Source: Malacoraja senta (taxonomy: Eukaryota). Taken from it: DNA of 64,000 nucleotides. Positions 38,047-49,454 of the stretch are shown in pieces. The position numbers and the translations under genes are program-made. The notes under the pieces are model-generated. The model was not told where the DNA came from. It was given only the letters and a program-made list of their open reading frames with translations, and did not search any database. The stretch spans positions 24,554,001 through 24,618,000 of the forward strand of contig CM075989.1 of the NCBI GenBank assembly GCA_038087875.1, read 5' to 3'. Within the stretch, counting starts at the first letter, position 1. Each line of letters starts with the position of its first letter.

Positions 38047-41000
38047 CTAGGCAACATCACCATAGCGGTCAGGCGGTTTGACCAGACGTCCCGCCCGGGT
38101 TCGCGTCTCGCCATCCACCCTTCCTGGAGGAGGAGGAGGCACCAGCGGGGACAGACGAACCTGAAAGGGAGAAACGGGAGGAAACGGAAGAGATCGCGGC
38201 ACCGAAACCGGAGGGGATGCGGGGCCGGGACCGGGGAGAGCGCGGGGAGGCGTGCGAGGACTAGTCGGAGAGTGTTGGAGCGGAGGGGGCGAAGGAGGAG
38301 CAGAGCGAGGCATGCAGGGAATCACGGGCAGGGCAACGGCCGGACGGGAAACAGGCAGCGGGGGAGCAAAGGGGTCGGCGGGAGGAGGACGCGGCTCGTG
38401 GACGAGCCGAAGGTGCTGGCGAGACCGTCGGTAAATGGTCCCAGCGTAGTCGACGAAATAGGACCTGGGCGACCCCGCAGAGCCGACGACAGTAGCGAGC
38501 TTGGAGTGACCGGGAGTGGTCTGCATACGGACTACTTGACCGGGGAAGAGGGGCGGCAGCGGGCGGCAGGACCTGTCATGGGACCGCTTTTGGACGTCTT
38601 GCCTGAAGGCAATCCGTTTCTGAACCGCCGCAGGTGGAAGGACCGAGGGTATGAGGGATCGCTGGGCCACCGGGAGTGGGAGCCTGGTAGCGCGAGACAG
38701 GAGCCGCTGAGCAGGTGAACCCATGGCAGGGTCGCGAGAGATGTTCCGAAGGCTGAGGAGGGCCAGGTGGAAGTCGGAGTTAATGCCACCACACTGTTCC
38801 AACAGGTGCTTAGCACTGCGGACCGCGCGCTCGGCCAAACCGTTGCTTTGCGGGTACTCCGGGCTGCTTGTGAAATGGCGAAAGTTCCATCTGGAAGCGA
38901 ACGCTTTAAACTCGGAGCTCGTGAACTGGCTGCCATTGTCCGACTGCAGGCTTGCCGGGGGGCCAAAAGTGCTAAAGTGAGGGTCCAACCTGTCGATGAC
39001 GGCCGAGGAGGTCACGGAAGGCAGCCGGTCAACCGCAAACCAGCTGGAGTAGAAGTCAACGAGTACCAGGAAATGTTTGCCCCGCCACTCGAAAATGTCT
39101 GTGGCGAGCGCCATCCAGGGCAGTCCGGGCGCGGGCTGCTGTAGAAGCGGCTGACGCTGCTGATGGGGGGCGCGGCTGTTGCAGGTGGAACACGATGAGA
39201 CCCTCTCCCGGATGTACTTTGCCATATCCGGCCAATAGAACTGTGCCTTGGCGAGAGACAAAGTGGCTTCGGCCCCAGTGTGACCGCGGTGTGCGACCTG
39301 AAAATAGTGGTCGTGCAGCGCCGCGGGCACCACCACTTTGTGACCCTTCACCACCACGCCGTCGTGCAATACGAGCTCATCCCGAATCAGGAAGTAGGGC
39401 ACGGCTCCAGCCGGCAGTGCCGAGCGACGGTCAGGCCAGCCCTGCCGGATAACGGCAGACAGCTGTTGCAGGGCAGGGTCGTTGGTAGTGTGTTCAACCA
39501 GGGATTTCATCTGTGGCGAGGGGACGAAGTTCAATCGTAGTACTAGTAACTCGGACGTTTCGTATTGGTGGCGAGCTGTGGACGTCAGCGGGGCGCGAGA
39601 CAACGTGTCGGCTACGAACATGTCCTTCCCCTTACGATAAACCACCATGAACGTGAAACGCTGGAGCTGCAGCAGCATGCGCTGCAGACGTGATGAGGCC
39701 ACATGGATCGGTTTGTTGAGGATGGTAACAAGTGGTTGATGGTCAGTTTCAACGGTGAAAGTGTTGCCCACGATGTAGTCCCGGAATTTGGAGCAGGCAA
39801 ACAGCACGGCCAGTAGCTCCTTCTCAATCTGCGCGTAGTGCTGTTCGGTGGCGGTCATGGTGCGGGACGCGAATGAGACAGGCATCTGCAGGCCGTCATG
39901 GACCTGGAGGCAGGCGGCACCGAGTCCGAATTGAGAGGCGTCGCAGGTGAGGACAATGGGATGCCGCAGGTCAAAGAACTTGAGCGTGGGTGTGCTGATC
40001 AGTTTAGACTTAAGAATGTCAAATGCCTTCTGATGATTGGGTAACCAAAGCCAGGAAGTGTCCTTTTTGATCAGATCCCTCAGGGGAGCGCTGAGCTCGC
40101 TTAGGTCGGGGATGAACTTCCCCAGGTAGTTTACCAAGCCGAGAAAGCGTTGCAGGCCTGCCACGTTAGTAGGAGGAGGCATCCCTGAGATGGCAGTCGT
40201 TTTCTGCAGGTCAGGCTTCAGCCCCTCAGCGGTGAATACGTGTCCAACATAGGTGACCTCCGAGACGCGGAATCGGCACTTCTTGGGGTTCAGTTTCAAG
40301 TTGATTTGCCTGGCCCGGTCCAGGATCAGGCGGAGGTTGACATCGTGTTTGGCAACATCCTTACCGTAAACGAGGATGTCGTCAACAATTATGGCGCAAG
40401 GCAGATCTGAAAACAACTGTTCCATGGTTCGCTGGAATACCTCGCTGGCAGAGTTGATTCCGAAGGGCATTCGGAGGAACCGAAACCTTCCGTAGGGGGT
40501 GGCGAAGGTTGTCAAAATGGACGACCGCTCGTCCAGTGGTATCTGCCAGAATGAACTCTTGGCATCGAGGACCGAAAAGACCGTTGCTGGACCAACCCGT
40601 GCAGCGACGTCTTCCACCGTTCTCATAGGGTAGTGAGGGCGCCGAATGGCCAGGTTGAGGTCTCTGGGGTTGATGCAGATGCGTATCTCACTCATGTCCT
40701 TTTTAGCAGCAACAACCATGGAAGAGACCCAGCTGGTGGGCTCGACGACCGCCTTTAGGATGCCCATTTGTACCATACTGTGTAGGGTCGCCTCCACTTT
40801 GTCCCTCATGGCGAAGGAAATACGGTGAGGAGCATGGACCACAGGAACGATCTTATGGTCCACTTCAATCTTGTAGCTGCAGGGTAGTTTGCCTAGCTTA
40901 TCATCAAAGCGGTCAGGATACTTGGCCAGCGGGTCCATAAGAGCCCGCACGTGGTGGATGTCCCGGTGGAAGGACACCAGTCCCATTTCCTGGCATGCCT

Positions 41001-41239
41001 GGATCCCCAGCAGGGGAACGCAACTCCGATTGAGGAGAAAGAAGGTGTGGGGCCGAGTGGCCTTCAGTATCTTACAGTGTAGTGTGGCCTTGCCCACAGG
41101 CGTAAGGATCTCCCCACCATAGGCATGCAGGTTTGAGCTCTGAGAAAATATCTTCTCATTAGTCCTTATCTGGTTGAAAAGAGATGTTGACATAACATTG
41201 GTAACCGCCCCAGTGTCGATTTTGGCCGTGAAGGTCGAG
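38047..41239 (-). CDS. pol: Gypsy pol: protease, reverse transcriptase, RNase H, integrase
   Basis: Open frame starts upstream of the annotated Met with KIDTGAVTNV (protease). RT LDAKSSFWQI/RMPFG/IIVDDILV, RNase H CDASQFGLGA/YAQIEKELLA, integrase H-H-C-C plus TDIF/SDNGSQF/GLAERAV, and a Pro-rich tail ending TRAGRLVKPPDRY. Confidence 0.95.
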
Positions 41240-41463
41240 TTTGTTCACAGTGACTTGCACAGAAGGATCCGTTATCATAGCAGGTGCGTTCACCACGGTA
41301 AACAAGCTGGTTTCTGCCTGAGAGGAGTTGGATGTAGGAACAGAAAGTTCATCGGAATAGTGCTGGGAGCTGAGATCATTATCCGACTGTAGAAGGTTGT
41401 TTAAATTTTGCCTTCGAGCAGCGACAGGCTTCCCACGTGAACGACAGGCTGCAGCAAAATGGT

Positions 41464-42219
41464 TCAACTTATTACAGGAGTTGCAGTACTTTCCCAGCGC
41501 AGGGCACACATTGAACTGATGAGATGTGAAGTTGCAATTAGGGCACCTTTGCTGGGTGTCTCCCCTTGTGGCACCACCGAACCCCGGGGCGCGTCCCCTC
41601 GAGCAGCGAGCGACACCGGGGGTCGCGACTGGGGTGCGTTCATGGGATAGCTAGGAGTGCTGGCAAAGTTGATCGCCTGTTCAGCCGGCGGCGCCGCTGC
41701 GGAAACAGCGTCGGCTAAGCGAGTAGCGTGCATTGCATCGGCCAAGGTCAGATCCGGCTTGCGAAGTAGTTCGGACCTGAGCTTCTCATCACGGAGACCG
41801 TAAACCAGTAGGTCCCTGATGACATTATCGGGGGTCCACGTCTCGAGGCGGCAGCGCCTGCCCAGGTCCCGCAGCGCAATGACATAGTTCTCAGCCGATT
41901 CCCCAGGGAGCTGACGCCGCGCGAACAGTTTAAAACGTTCTAAAATACAATTAGTAGGAATGTCACAAATAGCGTCAAACTTAGCCAGCAGACATGCCGG
42001 GTCCCGAGCTGATTCTCCAGGAGCGTAGACGAAGAAGTTCAAGCGAGTCAAGGCGTTGGGACCAGCCAAGTTGAGAAGCAGCGAGGCTTTGAGAGCGTCG
42101 GTGGCGCCAGGATGGGCAATCGTGAAATAGTGTTCAAAGTCGCGTTTGAATATGTCCCATCGAAGGGCGATGTCGAAATCGAAAAAGAGCGCATCGGGCT
42201 TACGGGCAGAAGAGGCCAT
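41464..42219 (-). CDS. gag: Gypsy gag (capsid part); frameshifts before the zinc knuckles
   Basis: MASSARKP...RRQLPGESAENYVIALRDLGRRC...IRDLLVYGLRDEKLRSELL is a retrotransposon capsid motif. Knuckles CPNCNFTSHQFNVC and CNSCNKLNHFAAAC (41444-41545) lie in an adjacent frame. Confidence 0.85.
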   Translation of the reverse strand: MASSARKPDALFFDFDIALRWDIFKRDFEHYFTIAHPGATDALKASLLLNLAGPNALTRLNFFVYAPGESARDPACLLAKFDAICDIPTNCILERFKLFARRQLPGESAENYVIALRDLGRRCRLETWTPDNVIRDLLVYGLRDEKLRSELLRKPDLTLADAMHATRLADAVSAAAPPAEQAINFASTPSYPMNAPQSRPPVSLAARGDAPRGSVVPQGETPSKGALIATSHLISSMCALRWESTATPVIS

Positions 42220-42304
42220 AACAAAACCGTTAGGGGGGGGAAACAAAAAACTGGGTCAAAATTAAATGATAAACCGATAAACGGGAGGCGCAAGGTACGT
42301 TATT

Positions 42305-42312
42305 TGACACCA
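42305..42312 (-). promoter_or_regulatory. Primer-binding site TGGTGTCA (tRNA-Leu-like, short match)
   Basis: One base after the 5' LTR. Complementary to a tRNA end ...UGACACCA; the match to the usual TGGTGTCAGAAGT form breaks after 8 nt. Confidence 0.7.
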
Positions 42313-42313
42313 A

Positions 42314-42515
42314 TGTAAAGGATTGATATCGAGACATCGTTACTTTACTATCTTATTCATACTGGACATTATACATTGCACTAGCTGTACGTGGTCTGTC
42401 ACAGGAACTAGAGGGCGATCTGTGGGTGTGGAGGTTGTAGTTATACTTGTGATATGGGGAGTGGTTAGTGGGTGTGAGGTCACTATGTTAAAGGCACATG
42501 CATATCTCATCTACA
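42314..42515 (-). repeat. 5' LTR (202 bp)
   Basis: Direct repeat of 37775-37977, adjacent to the PBS. Confidence 0.95.
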
Positions 42516-43377
42516 GTTACTCCAGCACTCTGTGAAACATCACCTATCCATGTTCTCCACAGATGCTGCCTGACCCGCTGAGTTACTCCAGCACTCTGTG
42601 AAACATCACCTATCCATGTTCCCCAGAGATGCTGCCTGACCCACGGAGTTACTCCAGAAACGAATGCCGAACAGATCAGCCACTATCCCAGTGACTGATA
42701 GAAAAGATTTGCGAGCTGGGTGGACTGCTTTGGCTCCATGTCTCTATATAGTGTTGCATTTTTCTGTGCCTGTTGCACTTACACCAACCAACAATTGTTC
42801 TCGCACTCAATCCTTCGAAAGCATTTTGATCGATGATCACGCTGAGTTATTCCGGCATCTTGTGTCTATAAACCAACATTTGCACTTCATGTTTCTACAT
42901 TGGGTAAGTCCAGTGTTGTAGCTACACTCCACTGCCTGTGGTGATGCTGTCTGGTCTACTCGGTAAACAGGGCTTCAACTTTGTGAGTTTGACTGTAAAA
43001 AAAAATAGAAAACCCAGAAAGCCAACCTAGGAAGCAAAATTTTCTTTATTTTCACCAATAAAACACTGAGCTAGCAATAAAAGTCAACCATGCAGAACTT
43101 ACTCTGTTTTAAGAATTCCACGTGTGGTATAAGAGTGCCAAGTTTAGACAAATGACAGGTCCCTTTTGTCCAAAGGATGCCCTGGCACAATGCCAGTGAT
43201 AAAGGCCAGAGGACTGACATCATGGTGTGAAACTGAAGAAACTGAACAACATGTAAGTTTTTGTTGCAAAAATAATTAAGGTTAAAATTCAACTAATCTA
43301 AAATGGGAAGGAGGTAGACAAAAATGCTGGAGTAAGTCAGCGGGTGAGGCAGCATCTAAAGGAGCGAAGGAATAGGT

Positions 43378-43405
43378 GACGTTTCGGGTCGAGACCCTTC
43401 TTCAG
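43378..43405 (-). ncRNA. Minimal hammerhead ribozyme core in a PLE pLTR
   Basis: Reverse complement reads CTGAAGAAGGGTCTCGACCCGAAACGTC. Confidence 0.75.
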
Positions 43406-43671
43406 ACTGATGTGGGGGTGGGGGTTTTAAGTGCCATTATTCTTTAGAGATTTCAATGTACTCAGAATATGGTGTATTACTGGGGCTATGTGATAATAAC
43501 CTCTTTCTGTAGATGGGTTTCGACCCGAAACGTTACCTATTCCTTTCTCCAGTGATGCTGTCTGACCCGCTGAGTTACTCCAGCACTTTGTGCCTATCAC
43601 AGGTTAAATCTACATCTGCAGTTCCTCCGACCCAATTTTTTTTTTTTTTTATTTAAGTGTCTTAATTACTT

Positions 43672-43980
43672 TCTTTTTTTTAATAATATTTTTATTAGAA
43701 GCAAAGACATATTATGGTAAAAACATTTCATGTTTATCAATCATACATTATTAATATTATCAATTGTGGATTGATTCTGCTTCTAGTTTTTTTTTATAGA
43801 TAGAAAGTGAGAAAGAAAGGAAAAAAAAAAAAACACAAATGTCAAGATAAAAAATAAAAGAGTGGAATAATTTACTAATAATACATCATTGGAGATAGGT
43901 TCGTAGGTTATAAAGTATAACTTTTCATCTAATCCTAAGTTCAAGCTTCAGTTAGTTTCCCGTGCCGAACCAGTCTACCC
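43672..43980 (-). mobile_element. Poly(A)-tailed retroposon 3' end (L1/Tx1-like, family not identified)
   Basis: Minus strand ends AATAAAAATATTATT-A(8); AT-rich UTR-like body. Confidence 0.35.
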
Positions 43981-44059
43981 CTTCTCTTGCCGATGTTGAC
44001 TAACATTGCTCAGGAGACGGGGGGAATAGTCTTGCTGCTCTGCCAGAGGGCGTTATGTA

Positions 44060-44195
44060 AGTTTCCACATCAAACAGCTTAATGTCCATACAGTACTCAC
44101 ACAATCCTGTGTTGGAATGTAGATGAAGTCTCGGGAATGAGGATTTAACCAACAACCTGCTGAGTCACACGTGACATTGCTGCCAACTGAGCCTT
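44060..44195 (-). mobile_element. Ancient tRNA-derived SINE head (SacSINE/Deu-SINE-like), decayed
   Basis: Minus strand GGCTCAGTTGGCAGC...GACTCAGCAGGTTGTTGGTTAAATCC. Similar relics at about 21810-21908(+), 24120-24155(-) and 44400-44480(-). Confidence 0.4.
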
Positions 44196-44589
44196 CATGT
44201 TTTATTTATTTTACATATGTCTCAAAGAGCTGCAGGTCCATGATTTATTTGGTGAATGCGGAGACTGTTGTGAATCTAATACGTCAGGATCCCTGAAATA
44301 GCAATGGGATTACTAATCACTGTTTCTATTTTGGATGAGAATCAATAAGCGTTGCTGTTCTTTCCCCTGGTGCCATATGTCTTTATCATTCACCTGAAGC
44401 AGTCGATTCAACACGGCTTCACCCTCTGGTCCAAAGCACTCAGTCCTGACAGTGCGGCACTCCCTCACTACCAGCATGAGGCATCTACACAAAGCTGGAA
44501 GATTGTGGCTGAGACCTACAATCTATCTGGGAGTGTGGCCACTGCCACACTGCATGAAGCAAGGAACTGCAGATGCTGGTTTACTAAAA

Positions 44590-44738
44590 TGCTGGAGTAA
44601 CTCAGCGGGTCAGGCAGCATCTGTGGAGAACATGGATAGGTGACGTTTCACAGAGTGCTGGAGTAACTCAGCGGGTCAGGCAGCATCTGTGGAGAACATG
44701 GATAGGTGACGCTTCGGGTCGGGACCCTCTTCTGTCTG
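44590..44738 (-). repeat. 66-bp pLTR-derived array (2 units)
   Basis: Same unit and junction. Confidence 0.85.
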
Positions 44739-45772
44739 ATTGGGGGGGGGGGGGTAGAGGAGAGGCAGGACAAGTTGTGGCAGGTAATAGGTGGACACTT
44801 GTTTGTACATTTGTTGAGAAGAACAAATTCTTGTTCACGTTTTCACCTGCACCAGTGAACTGAATTGCTTATGGGATACGTAAGAGAGGGAATATTTGAC
44901 TGGCAACAGTTCTGTGAATTTGATCAGCGAGCAGTCTGAAGAAGAGTCTTGACCCGAAACGTCACCCATTCCTTCTCTCCAGAGATGCTGCCTGTCCCGC
45001 TGAGTTACTCCAGCTTTTTGTGTCTACCTTCCGTGAATTTGGTGATTTATTGTGGACTTCTGAAGCATTTTAGAGATTCAGTCCTCTGTCTTACATTGGA
45101 TGATCTTACACCAGACTTACTGCTCTGCAGATAATCCAGGAAAACATTGGTCAATCTGAATAATGATTATTTTTTTCTCATTCTAGAACAGCACGATTCA
45201 GAACGAACATCTGATTATTTGTTTTCTTTGATCTGCCTGGAATTTCTGCTAATTAATATATTTATAAGATAAAGGCTATCTTGAAAGACATGACTTCAGG
45301 TTGTACTAAAGAAGTAACCATTGGGATGAAATGTTTCATTATATTTTGAACCTACTATAATAATCCTAATTCAGTCTATTGACAATAACATTAGAAGGAA
45401 AAAATTATACTTGACTGTAGCCAAGCCTTGTCTGGCTCTCCTTTGTAGAATGTTTGGTCCCTGGCTGGTAGTTGCCAAGAGTGAGGGAAATAAAACTTGT
45501 CCATTTTATGATGGACACCATGTCCCAATGGCTTGTTTTGAATATTTTATTCCCAAATTCATTTATGCTTTCCAGTGGTGTTTAGTAAAAGCTCCATTTC
45601 AGACAAATGAGCTAATAGCAATATTAGAGGAACAATGACATGTGAAGTGGGGCATCGGCAGCGGTGGAGCCTCAGCGGTGATGGAGCCTCTGCAGCGGTG
45701 GAGCCTCGGCAACGGTGGAGACCCGGCAGTGGTGGTGAAGCCTCACGGCGGCAGAGAACTATTCCATTCAAT

Positions 45773-46110
45773 AGACACAGAGTGCTGGAGTAACTCAGCG
45801 GATCAGGCAACATCTCTGGAGAACATGGATAGGTGATGTTTCACAGAGTGCTGGAGTAACTCAGCGGGTCAGGCAGCATCTCTGGAGAACATGGATAGGT
45901 GATGTTTCACAGAGTGCTGGAGTAACTCAGCGGGTCAGGCAGCATCTCTGGAGGACATTGGATAGGTGACGTTTCACAGAGTGCTGGAGTAACTCAGCGG
46001 GTCAGGCAGCATCTCTGGAGAACATGGATAGGTCATGTTTCACAGAGTGCTGGAGTTACTCAGCGGGTCAGGCAGCATCTCGAGAAAAAGGATGGGTGAC
46101 ACTTCCAGTC
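45773..46110 (-). repeat. 66-bp pLTR-derived array (about 5 units)
   Basis: Same unit and same TTTC|ACAGAGTGCTGG junction; followed by a cluster of alternating-orientation pLTR pieces to about 46590. Confidence 0.9.
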
Positions 46111-46725
46111 GGAACTCTTCTGATTGTGTAAGAAGGAACTGCAGATGCTGGTTTAAACCGAAGATGGACACAAAAAGCTGTAGTAATTCAGCGGGAAAGG
46201 CAGCATCTCTGGAGAGAAGTAATGGGTGACGTCTCGGGTCGAGACCCTTCAGACTCAAGAAGGATTCAGACTGAAGAAGCGTCTCGACCCAAAAACGTCA
46301 CCCATTCCTTCTCTCCAAAGATGCGGCCTGACCCTTCTTCACACTGAATCTTCTGAGTTCTGAGTCTTCAGGAAAGCTGGAGATGGGGAGAGGTGGGATA
46401 AAGGGTGGCAGGTAATAGGTGAAATAGGTTCTTAACCCGCTGCCCCCTCTCCACCCACAATTCAGTCTGAAGGTTGCCGACCTGAAATAGGGTCACCTAT
46501 TCCAATTATCCAGAGATGCTGCTTGGCCCACTGAGTTACTCCGGCACATTGTGTCATTTTTTGGAAACCAGCATTTGCAGTTCCTTGTTTGCCTATATTT
46601 TGTGTGTTTACATTTTAATATTCTGCTTTATTCTCCAAATATTCATCATTCTACGCTGTTTCTCTCTGAAAAATACTATTTCTCTAATTTCTATCCAATC
46701 CTTTCACTTCATTTCATTATCTTGA

Positions 46726-47036
46726 GGGCGTCATGGTGACGCAGCGGTAGAGTTGCTGCCTTACACCGCCCGAGACCCGGGTTCGATCCTGACCACGGGT
46801 GCTGTCTGTACGGAGTTTGTACGTTCTCCCCGCAACCACGTGGGTTTTCTCCGGGTGCTCCGGTTTCCTACCACAATCCAAAGACGTGCAGGTTTGTGGG
46901 TTATTTGGCTTCCATAAAATTGTAAACTGTCCCCAGTGTGTGTAGGATAGTGTAAGTGTGCGGGGATCGCTGGTCGACGCAGACTCGGTGGGCCGAAGGG
47001 CCTTTTTCCACGCTGTATATCTAACCTAAAATAAAC
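46726..47036 (+). mobile_element. HE1-like tRNA-derived V-SINE, full length
   Basis: A box TGACGCAGCGG, B box GGTTCGATCC, V-domain CTCCGGTTTCCT.CCACA.TCCAAAGAC, CR1-like tail GGGCCGAAGGGCCT and (CTAAA)n end. Confidence 0.88.
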
Positions 47037-48089
47037 AAAACTTACGGTTAGATTGTGTTTATATTTAAATTCTTGATCTTCCCAGGGCAGCGATTACTTT
47101 TATATGTTTATGTATTTTAAAACATCAGATTCCTGCTGTTGTGGATTCCAGTTGTGAGTGATGATTGAGCCTGTCCTTGTTGACACTTCCCCACAGCGAT
47201 GGAGTTGATTCTTTTAGTTTACTATTGATATACAGCGCGGAAACAGGCCCACTGAGTCCAAACCTACCAGCGATCCCCATACACTAACACTACCCTACGC
47301 ACACTGGGGACAATTTACAATTTTATCAAAGCAACCACCTGCATGTCTTTGGAGTGTGAAAGGAAAACCCAGCAGGTCACAGGGGAGAACTACAAACTCT
47401 GTACAGACAGCACCCATAGTCGGGATCGAACTGGGGTCTCTGGCGCTGTGAGGCAGCAACTCTACCCGCTGCAACGCTGTACCTCCCTCAACACTTTGTT
47501 GGTGCACAGTAAGTTTTTTTCCTAACTATGAAGCCATCTTCATATGACTGACCATGCGCTAATAACTACCTATATTATTACTTAGTACTTTGATGTGGCC
47601 CTGCTTCAATCATCGTCTTAATCTGCAGGGAATAACTCTCTTTAATGCTGCCCCAATGGCCCTGAGTGGCGACAAAGGAGACTGATTGTGGTTTTCCACA
47701 CGGTGCTGCCTCCTGAGCAGTTTGATGTGTTGGGGGGGAAACTATTGACCTGAATAAAACACTGATAAACCTTGGCAACAATCCTTCTCACAACTGCTGC
47801 TCAATCAGTTTCATGTTGAATAACGTCAAACAAAACTTATCTTTGGCTAACTTGCCACGGAGATATGGAGTCTTCTAGGGGCTGGCTTCTCTCCAGATCC
47901 AGGGCAGTACAGTGGCGCAGAGCTAGAGTTGCTGCCTCTCAGCACCACAGACCTGGGTCTGATCCGACCAAAGATCATAGAGCGGAGCTTGATCCTGACC
48001 ACAGGCACTGTCGGAACGGAGTTTGTACGTTCTCCACATGACCATGTGGGTTTTTCTCCGGTTTGCCACGGATTCCTCCCTTCCTAAAT

Positions 48090-48371
48090 TGTATGTGTGT
48101 GTATGTATATATATATATATATATGTGTGTGTACGTATATATATGTATATGTATATGTGTGTACGTATATATATGTGTGTACGTATATATATGTGTGTAC
48201 GTATATATATATATATATGTGTGTGTATATATATACAGTATATGTTGTATATATATATATGTGTGTATGTACACTTATATATAGTGTGTGTATATATATG
48301 TATATATATATGTATGTGTGTGTCTATATATATGTGTACGTATATATATGTATATATATACAGTATATGTG

Positions 48372-48404
<33 letters not shown>

Positions 48405-48509
48405 ATACACGTATATATTGTGTGTGTTTGTATACACGTATATATTGTGTATGTGTGTGTATACACGTATATATTGTATGTGTGTGTATATATGTATATA
48501 TATATATAT
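48090..48509. repeat. Mixed (TA)/(TG) microsatellite
   Basis: Directly visible. Confidence 0.95.
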
Positions 48510-49454
48510 AAACAAACACGAATAGTGCTCAGATGAAACAACGCTCCCAAGGCTATGTAGCTTGGAGCTTATTTGGAAGTGTTAGATATGCTGATGTTTA
48601 CAGGTCATAGGATAGCAAAGTTGCTTTAGATAATTGAGTTCTCAATACTTCTGTTTTCCTTTTCGAGAAGAAACTGAACATAGTATACAATGTTGTGGGC
48701 CGTTACCCTGGCAATCAGTGCTAACTCAATTGGGCAACAGCATTCCGAGCAGTTTGGAGTTTAAATATAAGTAAATGCTCAAATGTGACAACATTTCCAC
48801 TTATATAACACCATTAACATGCAAACTCAGGCAGATGAAACTCAAACACAGAAATAGAATTGGGAAGGATCTTCAGAAGAATTGACAAAGAGCTGTGTTT
48901 TCAACAGGAGATGAAGGAGAGGGGTTTAGTGAGAGAATTAGCGGGCACCCATTCTGAACACGACTCCAATGGTGAGCAAGAGGGGAGGACGTGTTGGAGG
49001 GAGAAGTTGGAGTAAAGGATAAGTCAGGGCCCTTCTCGGGACCGTCATCTGCAGTTCCTTGTTTCCACAACCTACAAACCCGCACATCTGTGGCGTGTGG
49101 GAGGAAACCGGAGCACCTGGAAAAAAACTCATGCGGTCACAGGGAGAACGTACAAACTCTGCACAGGCAGCATCCGTAGTCAGGATCGAGCCCGGGTCTC
49201 TGGCGCTGTGAGACAGCAATTCTACCACTGCTGCACCCTGTGCCAATTTTGTGTTGTGTATTCCAGAATTAAAACGGAGCAAATTGATTGTGTAAAACTA
49301 ACTTTCGATGAATGTCTGAAATAGAGTCGTAGAGCTAGACAGCATGGAAACAGGCCCTTCAGCCCAACTTGTCCATGCTGACCATTCTGGGCTAGCCCCT
49401 TCGCCTGCGTTTGGCCCACATCCCTCTGAACCCTACCTGTAAAAATGCCTTGTC

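Larger units (their letters stand above)
37775..42515 (-). mobile_element. Full-length Ty3/Gypsy LTR retrotransposon (Mag-like), 4741 bp, very recent
   Basis: TG...CA LTRs at 37775-37977 and 42314-42515 identical except for one T; 5-bp TSD GTTAC (37770-37774, 42516-42520); PBS, PPT, gag with two CCHC knuckles, and PR-RT-RH-IN order. Confidence 0.97.

Noticed and set aside
38252..42318. Plus-strand and alternative-frame ORFs within the Gypsy element
   Set aside because: Shadow ORFs of GC-rich gag-pol with no recognisable domains. There is no room for env between integrase and the PPT.
46726..46800. tRNA gene
   Set aside because: A and B boxes continue into the V-domain and LINE-like tail of a multi-copy SINE; no complete cloverleaf.
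47923..48550. Tyr/Ile/His/Cys/Val-rich ORFs (also 18184-18664 and 59169-59587)
   Set aside because: Translations of dinucleotide-type microsatellites.
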